Shown: piece by piece, positions 1-12,983 of the stretch | How the letters are laid out: every line of letters begins with the position of its first letter | Numbering within the stretch: the first letter of the stretch is position 1 | Notes under the pieces: model-generated | Databases searched by the model: none | Told to the model about the DNA's origin: nothing | What the model saw: only the letters and a program-made list of their open reading frames with translations | Made by a program: the position numbers and the translations under genes | Assembly: GCF_006345805.1 (NCBI RefSeq) | Contig: NC_043011.1 | Location: 30,330,464-30,394,463 of the forward strand | Source: Octopus sinensis | Lineage: Eukaryota | Direction of reading: 5' to 3' | Length of the DNA stretch: 64,000 nucleotides

Positions 1-386
1 TACATACATACATACATACATACATACATACATACATACATACATACATAAATACCCTGTTGTTGATGTTGAAATTTCAATGAAGGAACTTTGGATCTAG
101 GTTAGAAACCGATTCTTTCTTTATCGGCAAGAAATCTTGAAATAAACTGAAGAATGACTTACATACATACATGCATACATACATACATACATACATGCAT
201 ACATACATACATACGTACATACATACATACATGCATGCATACATACATACATACATACATACATACATACATACATACATACATACATACATACATGCAT
301 GCATACATACATACATGCATGCATGCATGCATACATACATACATACATACATACATACATACATACATACATACATACATACATAC
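1..386. repeat. (TACA)n microsatellite interrupted by a ~105-bp repeat fragment (52-157)
   Basis: Direct tandem TACA/TGCA units; explains the MYVC/HTYI ORFs. Confidence 0.95.
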
Positions 387-822
387 GCTGCGCGAAATGC
401 TGATCTAATATCAAGATATACAGCGTATGACCTTGCAGGTAGAACCCAGTTAGAATTTTCTTCAGGTCGAGTAGGATATCCCACTCAAAAGGTCCCTGAA
501 TAAGGGTTGTTTAAGGATGTTGAATAAAACACCGATGTTTCCAAAGGTGGATTATCCAAACCCCAAAGAATTCTTCTCAACACATGACTATGATGCTCCC
601 CCACTACCTCTTTTCGTGGTCAGAGATGCATGTATCGTCAGTCACTAAGGGACATGGTCAACTGGATAAGGTCAAACAACTGACAAATAAATCTGTGGTA
701 TTGTGCAGAACAATTGTTGTAGCCTATCTTTTATACCAAGACAAAATACTATACAAGATAACATTTCCGATCAGTTAAGATCAAAAGCCATAAGAGCCAC
801 TGTCTGGTACTGCATCAGGGCG
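387..822 (-). mobile_element. Non-coding interspersed repeat, probable 5' leader/UTR of an R4/Dong-type LINE family
   Basis: Reverse complement of 730-822 matches 35771-35866, where the sequence is fused to RLE-LINE coding sequence; both copies start directly after (TAA)-type tracts. Confidence 0.55.
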
Positions 823-823
823 T

Positions 824-913
824 TTATTATTATTATTATTATTATTATTATATTATTATTATTATTACTACTACTACTACTACTACTACTACTATTAATA
901 ATTATTACTACTG

Positions 914-949
<36 letters not shown>

Positions 950-984
950 TTATTATTATTATTATTATTATTAATATCATCATT

Positions 985-1022
<38 letters not shown>

Positions 1023-1066
1023 TATCATTATTATTATCATTATTATTATCATCATTATTATTATTA
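824..1066. repeat. Compound (TTA)n/(CTA)n/(TCA)n trinucleotide microsatellite
   Basis: Direct inspection. Confidence 0.95.
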
Positions 1067-1406
1067 TTTTTTTTTTTCTTTTTACCTAAGCGTTTTTGCT
1101 CCCAAACCCAGTGTTATGCTTAATAGTTTCATTAACAAAATAACCGGTCCGTACAGCCGTGTCTCGTGAACTGGGCTCACGTGATTTATGAAGCGAATCA
1201 GTTTTGTTGCAAAATGGGAGCACCAGATTATAAACGGGGTCAGGGTTATTACTTAATCACCAATGTTAGGTTGTACTAATATTTTTTATATTGCACGCCA
1301 GTCACTGCATCAGATTTTCAGGATAATAACGATAGTATATCCTTTTCTGTCTGTCTGTCTGTCTGCCTGCCTACCTACCTGCCTGGCTGCCTGCCTGCCT
1401 GCCTGC

Positions 1407-1453
<47 letters not shown>

Positions 1454-1532
1454 CTAACATGTCTGTGTTTTTGCTTGTATTATGGACGTTTCTATGTATA
1501 CAAGCAAGCATATATACATTAATATAAATTTA

Positions 1533-1566
<34 letters not shown>

Positions 1567-1707
1567 CACACACACATAGTCGTAATAAAAATAGAGAAAA
1601 CCTGTGTGTGTGTGTATATATATATATATTATATATATATATATATATATATGTATGGATATATGCATACAATTGAAAAAGTGGAAAAATATGTGTGAAT
1701 ACGTCCA

Positions 1708-1846
<139 letters not shown>

Positions 1847-2491
1847 GTGTCTATCCGATCTTTGGAGTAGATAGATGCATGTACTGGTTTATTTTAAAAA
1901 ATTCTCGCCACTGGGGAAACTGCCGACTTGTAGCGCAGAAAAAGAGATTCATGGTGGGAATATAGACAATATCAAACCAGTATTATAGTTATGTTTGTTT
2001 TTTCCGTTGGGATTTATTCGATTTATTTTCCCTTTGTAGAATCCATACCATTCTCTAACAAAGTAACAAAGCACTTTAGTTGAAGTGAAGGCAGTTCCTG
2101 GGGCTAGTTTGTGGATGTATGAATGACTTTAGTGTACACACACACACACACACACCACACACACACACACAACACACACACATACACACACACATACACA
2201 CATACACACACACATACACACACACATACACACACACACACACACACACATACACACATACACACACACACACACACATACACACACACATACACACATA
2301 CACACACACATACACACACACACATACACACACATACACACACACACATACACACATACACACACATACACACACACACATACACACACATCCACACACA
2401 CACACATCCACACACACACACACACACACACATCCACACACACACACCACACACACACACACACACACATACACACACACATATGTATGTG

Positions 2492-2809
2492 GTGAAGGCG
2501 CATGGCTTAGCTGTTAGGGCATTCGGCTCACGATCGTCAGGTCATGAGTTCAACTCCCGGCAACGCGTTGTATCCTTGAGCAAGACACTTTATTTCACAT
2601 TGCTCCAGTTCACTCAGCTGGCAAAAATGAGTAGTACCTGTATTTCAAAGGGCCAGCCTTGTCACACTTTATGATTCTCCCTGGGAGCTAGGTCAAGGGG
2701 TACACGTGTCTGTGGATTGCTCAGCCACTTGCACGTTAATTTCACGAGCAAGCTATTCCTTTGATCGTACCAGCTAGGACCCTCGTCATCGCAACAGACG
2801 GAGTGCTCC
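2492..2809 (+). mobile_element. tRNA-derived CORE-type SINE (head H2 + tail T1)
   Basis: A-box TGGCTTAGCTG, B-box GAGTTCAACTCC, CORE-like TCCTTGAGCAAGACACTT, tail ending GACGGAGTG; paralogous to 52502-52819. Confidence 0.85.
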
Positions 2810-2823
2810 TATCCTACTCATGT

Positions 2824-3097
2824 GGTGACGGCGCGTGGCCTAGTGGTTAGGCTGTTGCACTCACGATCTCTAGATCGTAGGTTCGAGTCCCTTACTGGGC
2901 AACACGCTATGTTCTTGAGCAAAACGTTTCATTTCACGTTACTTTAGTCTTATTTTCGACTGGGTGTAAGGAGAATGTTGACCTACTCGCTTAGCCAGTG
3001 AGGTGGCGTCATTTGAATGCTAAAACAATGCAAAAGTGTATTGTGACCAGCGATGTGTAACACCATTTGATATCCTCGTCGATCACGTTGTCACGTG
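2824..3097 (+). mobile_element. tRNA-derived SINE (head H2 + alternative tail T3)
   Basis: TGGCCTAGTGGTTAG A-box, GGTTCGAGTCC B-box, TTCTTGAGCAAAACGTTTCATTTCACGTT core, 3' part unrelated to T1. Confidence 0.7.
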
Positions 3098-3375
3098 GTA
3101 TATGTATGTGAGAGTGTGCATTCATGAGTGGGGATGCGTTTGACTTTAGCATACAAACATGTGTGTGTGTGTGTTTCTGTGTGCGTATGTTATAAGTACG
3201 TGGTTGTATGATTATGCATGAATTCATGAAACTCATACGGAAAATACCGGAATATTTTAAATAGTTTTGCTGCACCAATAGTCGATTATGTTTGGTAGAT
3301 ATCTTTCAGTTAGCTTTTGAAGAACTCCAGCATTTATTGGCTTTTGTGCAAATCTATCGTCACAAAAGCCATTGT

Positions 3376-3595
3376 TCGATGCGCTGCTGAAAAGTTCCTG
3401 GCTTTGGGTAAAAGAAAATACAGGAGGATCACTTAATTATGATTTTATTTAACATATCCCTCCCTCAGATTCACACAGTTATTGCAGCGGTCCTTCAGTT
3501 TTTCTAAGCCCTGTTAAAGAACTCGGAATGTTTGGCTTCCAATCAGGTCTTTCGCGACACCCTTAAAGCCAAGACCTTTTTCGCACACCCTTGTG
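3376..3595. mobile_element. Short non-autonomous mariner-like MITE (~220 bp), degenerate
   Basis: Imperfect TIRs (CTGAAAAGTTCCTGGCTTT / AAAGCCAAGACCTTTTTCG); paralogues at 53581-53795 and 56099-56296. Confidence 0.7.
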
Positions 3596-3846
3596 CCAAT
3601 GGAAATCTATAGCCTGAACATAAGAGCTGTAATTTTCTCCATGGTTCATCATAGGCATTCACCCCGCCAAATTTAGGCGGAACATTACGTTGGGTAGCGG
3701 ACGCTTCCAACAGTCTTTTTTTTCTAGCCCATCACTTTTTACCGTCTCGTTTTACAAATTAGCCATTACTCATTTTACCCCACTTTAGACAATTCGTTTT
3801 GAAAATTGAAAATAATCAAATTCGACATTTGAACTTCTGGAATATT

Positions 3847-4423
3847 CTTTTCTACTCTAGGCAGAAGGCCTGAAATTTTGGGAGATGGGGCAAGTCAATT
3901 ACATCGAGCCCAGTACACAACTGATACCTAATTTATCGACCCCGAAAGGATGAAAGGCAAAGTCGACCTCGGCGGAATTTGAACTCCGAACATAACGGCA
4001 GACGAAATACCTATTTCTTTACTACCCACAAGGGGCTAAACACAGAGAGGACAAACAAGGACAAACGGTTTAAGTCGATTACATCAACCCCAGTGCGTAA
4101 CTGGTACTTAATTTATCGACCCCGAAAGGATGAAAGGCAAAGTCGACCTCGGCGGAATTTGAACTCAGAACGTAGCGGCAGACGAAATACCTGTTTCTTT
4201 ACTACCCACAAGGGACTAAACACAGAGGGGACAAACAAGGACAGACAAACGGATTAAGTCGATTACATCGACCCCAGTGCGTAACTGGTACTTAATTTAT
4301 CGACCCCGAAAGGATGAAAGGCAAAGTCGACCTCGGCGGAATTTGAACTCCGAACGTAACGGCAGACGAAATACCGCTACGCATTTCGCCCGGCGTGCTA
4401 ACGTTTCTGCCAGCTCGCCGCCT
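3847..4423 (-). mobile_element. Trimeric Nin/Deu-domain tRNA-SINE with 13-bp TSD
   Basis: Head GGCGGCGAGCTGGCAGAAACG, B-box GAGTTCAAATTCC, GCCTTTCATCCTTTCGGGGTCGATAAA domain x3; TSD CTTCTGGAATATT at 3834-3846 and 4428-4440. Confidence 0.9.
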
Positions 4424-4440
4424 TGATCTTCTGGAATATT

Positions 4441-6030
4441 TGATATGTTTTCACGATTCAGTTCATGGTTTTTAATTGTTTGTAATTCCTCAATTAGCTG
4501 CTTCTCAAGACTGGTATAGAGACAGAAAGTTACATATCTAAGTGTCCCAATAATTCTGGCTACAAATATAAAATTACAGTCCGGATGGAGTATCAGTAAA
4601 TTTTTCATTAGTTCGCCACAGATAATTGCCTTTTTTTTTCTCTTTAACACTATGTTAATGTCCGCTGGAATACTGATTTCTAATACTGTGCATTCTTTCT
4701 TTTCTTTGCTCCAAACCAGTCTGATGTTTTATGCTTATATTTTACAGAGGTTCAAGGCGGCGAACTGGCAGAATCGTTAAACATGCCGGACAAAATGCTT
4801 AACGGAATTTCGTCCGTCTTCACGTTCTGTGTTCAAATTCCGCCGAGGTCGACTTTGTTTTTCATCCTTTCGGAGGTTGATAAAATAAGGCGCAGTTGTT
4901 GAATGCTAAGTAGATTGCTTACCAACCACATGGTCCTGGGTTCATTCCCACTGCGTGGCACCTTGGGCAAGTGTCTTCTATATAGCCTCGGGCCGACCAA
5001 AAGCCTTGTGAGTGAATTTGGTAGACGGAAACTGAAAGAAGCCTGTCGTGTATGTATGTATGTAGGTAGGTATGTATGTATGTATGTATGTATGTATGTG
5101 TGTATGTGTGTGTATGTGTGTGTGTCCAACATCGCTTGACAACCGACGGTGGTGTGTTTACGTCCCCGTAACTTGGCGGTTCGGCAAAAGACACCGATAG
5201 AATAAGTACAAGGCTTACAAAGAATAAGTCCTGGGTTCGATTTGCTCGACTAAAGGCGGTGCTCCAGCATGGCCGCAGTCAAATGACTGAAACAAGTAAA
5301 AGAGTAAAAGAGTAAAAGACCAGGTAAGTACTGGTACCCCCACCCCCGAAATTGCTGGCCTTGTGCCAAAATTTGAAACCTACATTTTACAGAGAATTTA
5401 ACAGAAACGTGCCACCACTATCCTTCCATATTATAGTGTGTATGTCATCTATATCAGCGTAATTTTCTATATTTTGATCTTCAGGGACTATCTTTCCTAT
5501 GAATTGCATTATATTCTGGCAAGTGGCTGGCAGCTTTTCTTCGTGTTTCTTTTTGTTTTTAGGTACCAAACTTGTATCTACTAATGACAGCCAGCTTGGT
5601 ATATTTATATCTCCACTGGTAGCTTATTAGTAAAAATCGATAACATATCCCCCACCCATAGGTAAGTTTTTCTTTTGTACCGGTAGCCATCATTCGTCCT
5701 TGTACGTTTCTATACTGAGATTGTTTTTCTGTCACGCAATCAATGGTGTCAACACTGATATTGTGTATTGTCCTGCATTACGCCTTTGATGTAATTTCTT
5801 CTAACTTAACTGTATTCTAGTTTATCTCTATTTTTTCGCACACTAGTGTTTCCTTTAGCGTTTAACCCGTCTCCTGAGAAGGACCTTCTGTGACCTTTAT
5901 TGTTGATTCCCTCTTGTCTTTATAGACAGCTTGTTTATTTCAAGTGAATTTCTTATAATTATTCTTTTTTCAACTATTCTCAACTGGCCCGGATTTTCTC
6001 ATTGGCACTTTTTAAACTCCTGCTTCAGGG
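4441..6030 (-). pseudogene. Heavily degraded RLE-type (R4/Dong-like) LINE remnant interrupted by SINEs at 4756-5385
   Basis: Translation KKAIICGELMKNLLILHPDCNFIFVARIIGTLRYV resembles the RLE C-terminal 'P(I/V)IIGALG' region; many stops and frameshifts. Confidence 0.5.
4756..5385 (+). mobile_element. Nin-type SINE (4756-4888, 5321-5385) with nested CORE-type SINE (4889-5318)
   Basis: Nin head and domain broken after GATAAAATAAG by an element with CACCTTGGGCAAGTGTCTTCT core, internal microsatellite and GGCGGTGCTCCAGCATGGCC tail. Confidence 0.85.
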
Positions 6031-6055
6031 TAATCATTTTATATAATAATATAAT

Positions 6056-6306
6056 AAATGCGCCCTTTTAAAGCCTAACCAGGATCATGGGCCCAGTTTC
6101 CTGGTTTCAATGGCGCATGTATTTCCCAGCTGGATGGGACGCCAGTCTATCGCAGAGTTACTCATTTTTACCTGCTGAGTGGACTGGAGCAACGTGAAAT
6201 GAAGTGTTTTGCTCAAGAACACAACGCATCGCCCGGTCCACGAATCGAAACTACAATCTTACGATCATGGTGCTGACACCATAACCACTAAACTACGCGC
6301 CTCCAC
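6056..6306 (-). mobile_element. tRNA-derived SINE (head H2 + tail T2)
   Basis: Same head/core as 2492-2630; tail contains GCGATAGACTGGCGTCCCATCCAG and matches 62054-62140. Confidence 0.8.
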
Positions 6307-6513
6307 AATCATTTTATACTTAAGTGTTTATTTTGCTACCATTATACAACATTGCTTTTACTTTGTTTTTCTCATATAATTACTGAAAAGGTTAGTTACT
6401 TGACTGTTTTCTTGTAATAAATATCGACACATAACGATGGTCTGCCGTAGCTCAATGACTAATTATTTCTTCATTTTCCAAGTCCATCGTGGCATGTTTT
6501 TCATTATTTTATA

Positions 6514-7072
6514 TTGGGTTGTCAGGAAAGTTCATGCCGATTTATAGTAGCTTACCTTTCGACTTATTTTAGAACATGGTTGAGTCCATAAAATAAGATT
6601 TGACTACACCTCCATTTAGAGCACAGTTTAAGCTATCTTTTCGTGGAAGAAGGTTTATGTTCCTATGATCAGTGTTAATTCTGTTACCCTTTAAAATGGA
6701 AGATAAGAAAGTTCATTTTAAGCACTTGATGCTTTGGGAACCAGACAAAAATTGCTGCAGCTCGGCTGGGATGTTTTACCCCACCCTCCATATTCACCAG
6801 ATATTGCTCCTTCGGATTTTCACTTATTCAGGTCTCTGAATAATAGTCTTAATGGTAAAAATTTCAATTCCTTGGATGACGTAAAAAGATACCTTGATGA
6901 ATTCTTTGCCCTGAAACCACTTTCAATTCTGGGAAGAGGGTATTGAAGGAAAGATGGAGACGCATTGTGCAACAAAACGGTTCATATTTGGTTGATTAAA
7001 AATGTAATGGCAAGTATTTATTGACTTTTTCCGTTCCTTTAAAAATCGGCACGAACTTTCCAGACAACCTAA
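6514..7072 (+). mobile_element. Internally deleted mariner (D,D34D-type) transposon, copy 1
   Basis: TIR TTGGGTTGTC(A/C)GGAAAGTTC, TA target duplication, N-terminal MEDKKVHF fused to C-terminal HPPYSPDIAPSDFHLFRSL motif. Confidence 0.92.
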
Positions 7073-7449
7073 TATTTCCTTAATCCTGTATCTTCAAGAT
7101 ACTGCTTAACGGTTGTGGATAGTGCATATAAAGAGGTATTTATTTGTTAAACTGAAGCGATATTACTATGTTGTAAATATTTGTGACATATCTATAATCA
7201 CCGTGAGCATGAATTTAGTTTGCTGCCAGCAACATGGCTGGACATGTTTTGCATCGGAAGTATTTAAAAGCGTATCAGCTCCTGATACACTCATTAACGC
7301 AATTGCGGCCATAATGACTGATAGCTACATGTGAACAGGCAGACATACTGTGAGCTAACATAATAACAGTCGGAGCCAGGTCTGTTGTCACAGGTGGTTT
7401 TGGCATCTTTGTCCTCGGAATATGTTCGTATCCTGTTTTTTTTTGTATT

Positions 7450-8122
7450 TTTTCTTTTACTTGTTTCAGTGTTTCAGTCATGTTGGGGCACCGCTATGAA
7501 GAATTTTTAGGCGAATGTATCACCCCCAGTACTTATTTTTTAAAACTTGATACTTATTCTTTCGGTCTGTTTTGCCAAAACGGTAAGTTACAGGGACGTA
7601 AACACTTCAACATCAGTTGTTAAGCGGTGGACGGAGCAAACACAAACACAAAGACACACACACACTTACACGCGCACACACATATACTACGGGCTTCTTT
7701 CAGTTTCCTATTTCTTTATTGACCACAAGGGGCTAAACATAGAAGGGACAAATTAGGACAGACAAACGGATTAAGTCGATTACATCGACCCCAGTGCGTA
7801 AATTGTCGACCCCGAAAGGATGAAAGGCAAAGTCGAACTCGGCGGAATTTGAACCCAGAACGTAACGGCAAACGAAATACCTATTTCTTTACTACCCACA
7901 AGGGGCTAAACATAGAGGGGACAAACAAGAACAGACAAACGGATTAAGTCGATTCCAGCTCGCCGCCTTCTTTCAGTTTTCGTCTACCAAATCCATTCAC
8001 AAGGCTTTAGTCGGCCCTAGAGCACAGAAGAAGACATGCCTATGATGTTACGCAGAAGGACTGAACCACGAACCATGTGGTTGGGAAGCAATGCTTCTTA
8101 CCACACAATCACGTCTGCGCCT
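7450..8122 (-). mobile_element. CORE-type SINE with a Nin-type SINE (7709-7967) nested inside
   Basis: CORE-SINE tail and body in reverse; inserted element flanked by the duplication CTTCTTTCAGTTT. Confidence 0.8.
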
Positions 8123-8145
8123 ACCTTCTTACCACGGGAATAAAT

Positions 8146-8531
8146 GGAAGCACTCCGTCGGTTACGACGATGAGGGTTCCGGTTGATCCGAATCAACGGA
8201 ACAGCCTGCTCGTGAAATTAACGTGTAAGTGGCTGAGCACTCCACAGACACGTGCACCCTTAAGGTAGTTCTCAGGGATATTCAGCGTGACAGAGAGAGT
8301 GACAAGACCGGCCCCTTGAAATACAGGTACAACAGAAACAGGAAGTAAGAGTGAGAGAAAGTTGTGGTGAAAGAGTACAGCAGGGATCACCACCATCCCC
8401 TGCCGGAGCCTCGTGGAGCTTTTTAGGTGTTTTCGCTCAATAAACACTCACAACGCCCGGTCTGGGAATCGAAAGCGCGATCCTATGACCGCGAGTCCGC
8501 TGCCCTAACCACTGGGCCATTGCGCCTCCAC
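8146..8531 (-). mobile_element. Full-length tRNA-derived SINE (head H1 + tail T1) with 11-bp TSD
   Basis: Head GTGGAGGCGCAATGGCCCAGTGGTTAGGGCAGCGGACTCGCGG; TSD ACGGGAATAAA at 8134-8144 and 8533-8543; near-identical to 29493-29875. Confidence 0.9.
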
Positions 8532-9068
8532 TACGGGAATAAAATTACTATCATCAATCGATCTCTTACGGCCAAATGGTTAGTCGGTTGATGATTGTAA
8601 TCGCAGGCGCGATTGTTTTGTCGTGAGACAATTCAGTTCTGGATGCGTTTCGTCCCAGTACAATTTCATTCTATACACATAGTCAACAGAAGAATAATTT
8701 CTCTTTAGTTCTTTATAGCAATCATAACATAGCGTGATGAAAATATATCTTATAGTTTTAGTTACTTCCATAAACACAACTAATAAGGCTGTTTACTTTT
8801 TTCGATAGCATATTCATTCATTTGTTTTACAGTGTCATTGATGCTCACGTGTCCAGCCATGTTGCTTGCACCAAACCTATACATAGTGTATTTGAGACGA
8901 CTATCCTAACAATCTTGAATAATAGGTCTTTTCAATGAATGAAATTAGAAGAATAACCAGTTATTTAACAAGTCTGATATTGTGGCTTTAATGTTGGATC
9001 TACTATTGCAAATACGTCGAATAGTTTCCCATAGAAATTATGCGTTTGTTTATGCAGAATTTCTGTCT

Positions 9069-9258
9069 ATGTATGTATGTATGTATGTATGTATGTATGT
9101 ATGTATGTATTATGTATGTATGTATGTATGCATGCATGCATGCATGCATGTATGTATGTATGTATGTATGTATGTATGTATGTATGTATGTATGTATGCA
9201 TGTGTGCGCATGTATGTATGTACGTGTGTGTGTATGTACGTGTGCCTCTATTTTTGTG

Positions 9259-9336
<78 letters not shown>

Positions 9337-9541
9337 GGTCTGTCTGGTTATCTGGCCGTCCGTCTATCTATCTGTCTGTCTATTTGTCTGACTCTCTGTC
9401 CGCCCTCCTAACCGCCCGCCTGTCTGCCTTTCTGTCTGTCTTCCTATGTATGTATGTATGTATGTGTATGTATGTTATGTATGCATGTGTGCGCATGTAT
9501 GTATGTACGTGTGTGTGTATGTACGTGTGCCTCTATTTTTG

Positions 9542-9617
<76 letters not shown>

Positions 9618-9984
9618 GGTCTGTCTGGTTATCTGGCCGTCCGTCTATCTATCTGTCTGTCTATTTGTCTGACTCTCTGTCCGCCCTCCTAACCGCCCGC
9701 CTGTCTGCCTTTCTGTCTGTCTTCCTATGTATGTATGTATGTATGTATGTATGTATGTATGTATGTATGTATGTATGTATGTATGTATATAAAAAGGAAT
9801 ACAAAAATTGGGACAAGAACGCAAAACATCCAGACAGTTAGATGATAAAAAAAAGGGACAAGAAAAACAAGGACGGGTCATTCGGAGTTTTCATTCCTCA
9901 GTCGAGTTCCAGATTATCTTTGCAATTTTGGCTGGTTAGTATGTATGTATGTATGTATGTATGTATGTATGTATGTATGTATGC

Positions 9985-10069
<85 letters not shown>

Positions 10070-10086
10070 CCTACCTACCTACCTAC

Positions 10087-10153
<67 letters not shown>

Positions 10154-10158
10154 CCTAC

Positions 10159-10247
<89 letters not shown>

Positions 10248-10260
10248 CATCTATCTATCT
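9069..10260. repeat. (TATG)n/(TATC)n/(TGTC)n microsatellite complex including a ~281-bp tandem duplication (9198-9450 / 9483-9730)
   Basis: Identical unique spacer ATCGGTCTGTCTGGTTATCTGGCCGTCCG... at 9334 and 9615. Confidence 0.9.
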
Positions 10261-10923
10261 AAATAATTAGCTAGCTACATTGTATCTAAATACGTATATA
10301 TTAATGTACGGTTTTAAATAATGGTAGTGTAAGCGCGTATATTTACGTACATGTATGTAGCATCTGTGTATGTGTTCGCGTGTTGTCAGTCCGTATATGT
10401 GCATATGTTTCTGTGTCTGCGCATCTGTATGTGTGTGTGTATATGTGTTTGTGTGTGTGTGTGTGTGTATGTGTACGTGTGTGTGCGCGCATGTGAGGCG
10501 ATACGTAATTAATTACAGGTGTCAGTTAATCTAATCCACCAAGGATTATTAAAGTGTTGAATCCTGCATTTAGATTTACTAAGACAGATTACTTTTCATC
10601 TCAGAGCTGTCATCTTTATAATTAAAAAATGAAACTAACCCTAGCGGCAATCGTTAGCGGCTCCCAAAGAAAAGGTGAGATAATTGCTAGACCTTAAGAA
10701 TTAATCTCTCGAAGTTAATTTGCTTAGAGAAAAGGGCAGTTTTTATCTTTGCTCGTAGGCAAGGGACAACCAAGGGCATATTTCGGTTTATTAAACCTCA
10801 TGAGCATTTTATAATCTAATCCAGTTTACCTATCAATTGCAAAATGTTCTACATATTACAGAAGAATTGCGAATAATTTCCGGCCAGTATAATTTGGACA
10901 AATAAAAAATTTAATGAGAAAAA

Positions 10924-11500
10924 GCATGATTGTGTGGTAAGAAGTTTCCTTCCCAACCACATGGTTTCGGGTTCGGTCCCACAGCGTGGTATCTTGGGAA
11001 AGTGTCCTCTGCGATAGCCCCATGCCAATCAAAGCCTTGTGCACGGATTTGGTAGACGGAAACCTTGTTGTGCCACTGTTTCCTTAAAAGCCTTAAAAGA
11101 AAGTAATAGGCGCAGGAGTGGCTGTGTGGTAAGTAGCTTGCTAACCAACCACATGGTCCCGGGTTCAGTCCCACTGCGTGGCATCTTGGTCAAGTGTCTT
11201 CTGCTATAGCCCCGGGCCGACCAATGCCTTGTGAGTGGATTTGGTAGACGGAAACTGAAAGAAGCCTGTCGTATATAGGTATATATATATATGTGTGTGT
11301 TTGTGTGTCTGTGTTTGTCCCCCTAGCATCGCTTGACAACCGATGCTGGTGTGTTTACGTCCCCGTCACTTAGAGACCGATAGAATAAGTACTGGGCTTA
11401 CAAAGAATAAGTGCCGGGGTCGAGTTGCTCGATTAAAGGCGGTGCTCCAGCATGGCCGCAGTCAAATGACTGAAACAAGTAAAAGAGAAAGAGAGAAAGA
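10924..11500 (+). mobile_element. Partial plus full-length CORE-type SINE (full copy 11108-11500)
   Basis: GGCGCAGGAGTGGCTGTGTGGTAAG head, GGTTCAGTCCC B-box, internal microsatellite, GACTGAAACAAGTAAAAGAG tail. Confidence 0.88.
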
Positions 11501-11930
11501 GAGGGTCAATTAGTTTGGACTAAAAAACAAATATAAAAAAAACCATCATGGGGATACTCCACGGGCAAACGACTGAAATAAATAAAAGATGAAAGGAACA
11601 AATAACTCAATTTGACCAGTAGCATGAATCTAGACAATAAAAAATTTAAGGGTCATGTATCAAATCGCCTATGAACAAATTCCTTATTTAATTGAAACTT
11701 CCCCCTCTGTTGGGTAAATTGTTAGTTGCTAGTGCCAAGTGCCGAATTTCATGGTATTGGTGATGGTGGTGGCCATGATGGAGCAGCCAATAAGCTGTAA
11801 GGATGAAGTTGTTCACACTTCATATCTTTCACTATGCAGTAAAGGTAAATGAAACCTGTATGTGTATGTGCAGTCGTGTATGTGTTTGTTGAAATATATG
11901 TGTATGTGCGTGTATATGTGTATGTATGTA

Positions 11931-12175
11931 CTCTTTTACTCTTTTAGTTGTTTCAGCCATTTGACTGTGGCCATGCTGGAGCACCGTCTTTAGTCGAGCA
12001 AATTGACCCCAGGACTCTTTGTAAGCCTAGTACTTATTCTATCGGTGTCTTTTGCCGAACCGCTAGGTTACGGGGACGTAAACACACCAGTATTGGTTGT
12101 CAAGCGATGTTGGGGTGACAAACACAGACATACACACAAACATATACACACACATACACACACTCATATATACAT

Positions 12176-12217
<42 letters not shown>

Positions 12218-12386
12218 ATATACGACGGGCATCTTTCAGTTTCCGTCTACCAAATCCACTCACAAGGCTTTGGTCGGTCTGAGGCCATAGTACAAGACAC
12301 TTGCTCAGGGTGCCACGCAGTGAGATTGAACCCGGAACCATGTGGTTGGTAAGCAAGCTACTTACCACACAGCCACTCCTACGCCT
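11931..12386 (-). mobile_element. Full-length CORE-type SINE, inverted relative to 11108-11500
   Basis: Reverse-complement similarity over the whole length. Confidence 0.88.
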
Positions 12387-12983
12387 ATGTATGTATGTAA
12401 TGTCTTATTATATGTCTGAGCGGATGTAAGGGTGCGTGTATATTCACGCGTATGTATGTGTATGCATGTGTGTATGATTATATGTCTATATGTTTGGCTG
12501 TATTGTACATAGATGCATAAACTTATACGTATGTATATGTATTTATGCTCGTATGTATATGCATTTATGTGTGTATATGTGTATGTATCTACCTATATAC
12601 GTAAGTATTTAACGATGTATGTGTGTGTGTGTGTGTGTGTTGTATTTTAAAGATTTATCTTCCAACCATCCGTAACCGTAGGAAAATTTGAACTTGGAAC
12701 ATGAAGTAAATGAAACTCTCGTTAAGTAAATAGCATTATCGCAATTTCGAGAAATGTGATGTACTACCATTGTGGTTGCTGTCGTAGCCAGCTGGGCTGA
12801 GCTGATACGTGTTAAAAGTGTTAGGCAACGGTAGGCACAGTGCTGACGCTGTCATGATACAAGCCATCCACGTTTCTATTGCGAACGCGGTGCCATCAAT
12901 TCAACCATCTGTAACTCGGTAGCGATGGTGCAAACCGCTAAGAGAAAGAGAGGGATTAATTCTTCGAGAGATTAATTCTTAAA

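Noticed and set aside
3847-4423. Regularly spaced repeats resembling a CRISPR array
   Set aside because: Whole ~180-bp units repeat, there are no unique spacers or cas genes, and the context is a eukaryotic SINE
6734-6946. SETMAR-like host gene call for the mariner ORFs
   Set aside because: No SET domain; bounded by TIRs and TA duplications and internally deleted
9870-9920. CUGAGGA..GAAA on the minus strand within a Penelope-like fragment (9790-9938)
   Set aside because: Only 2 nt between the core halves (no stem II) and stem I does not close
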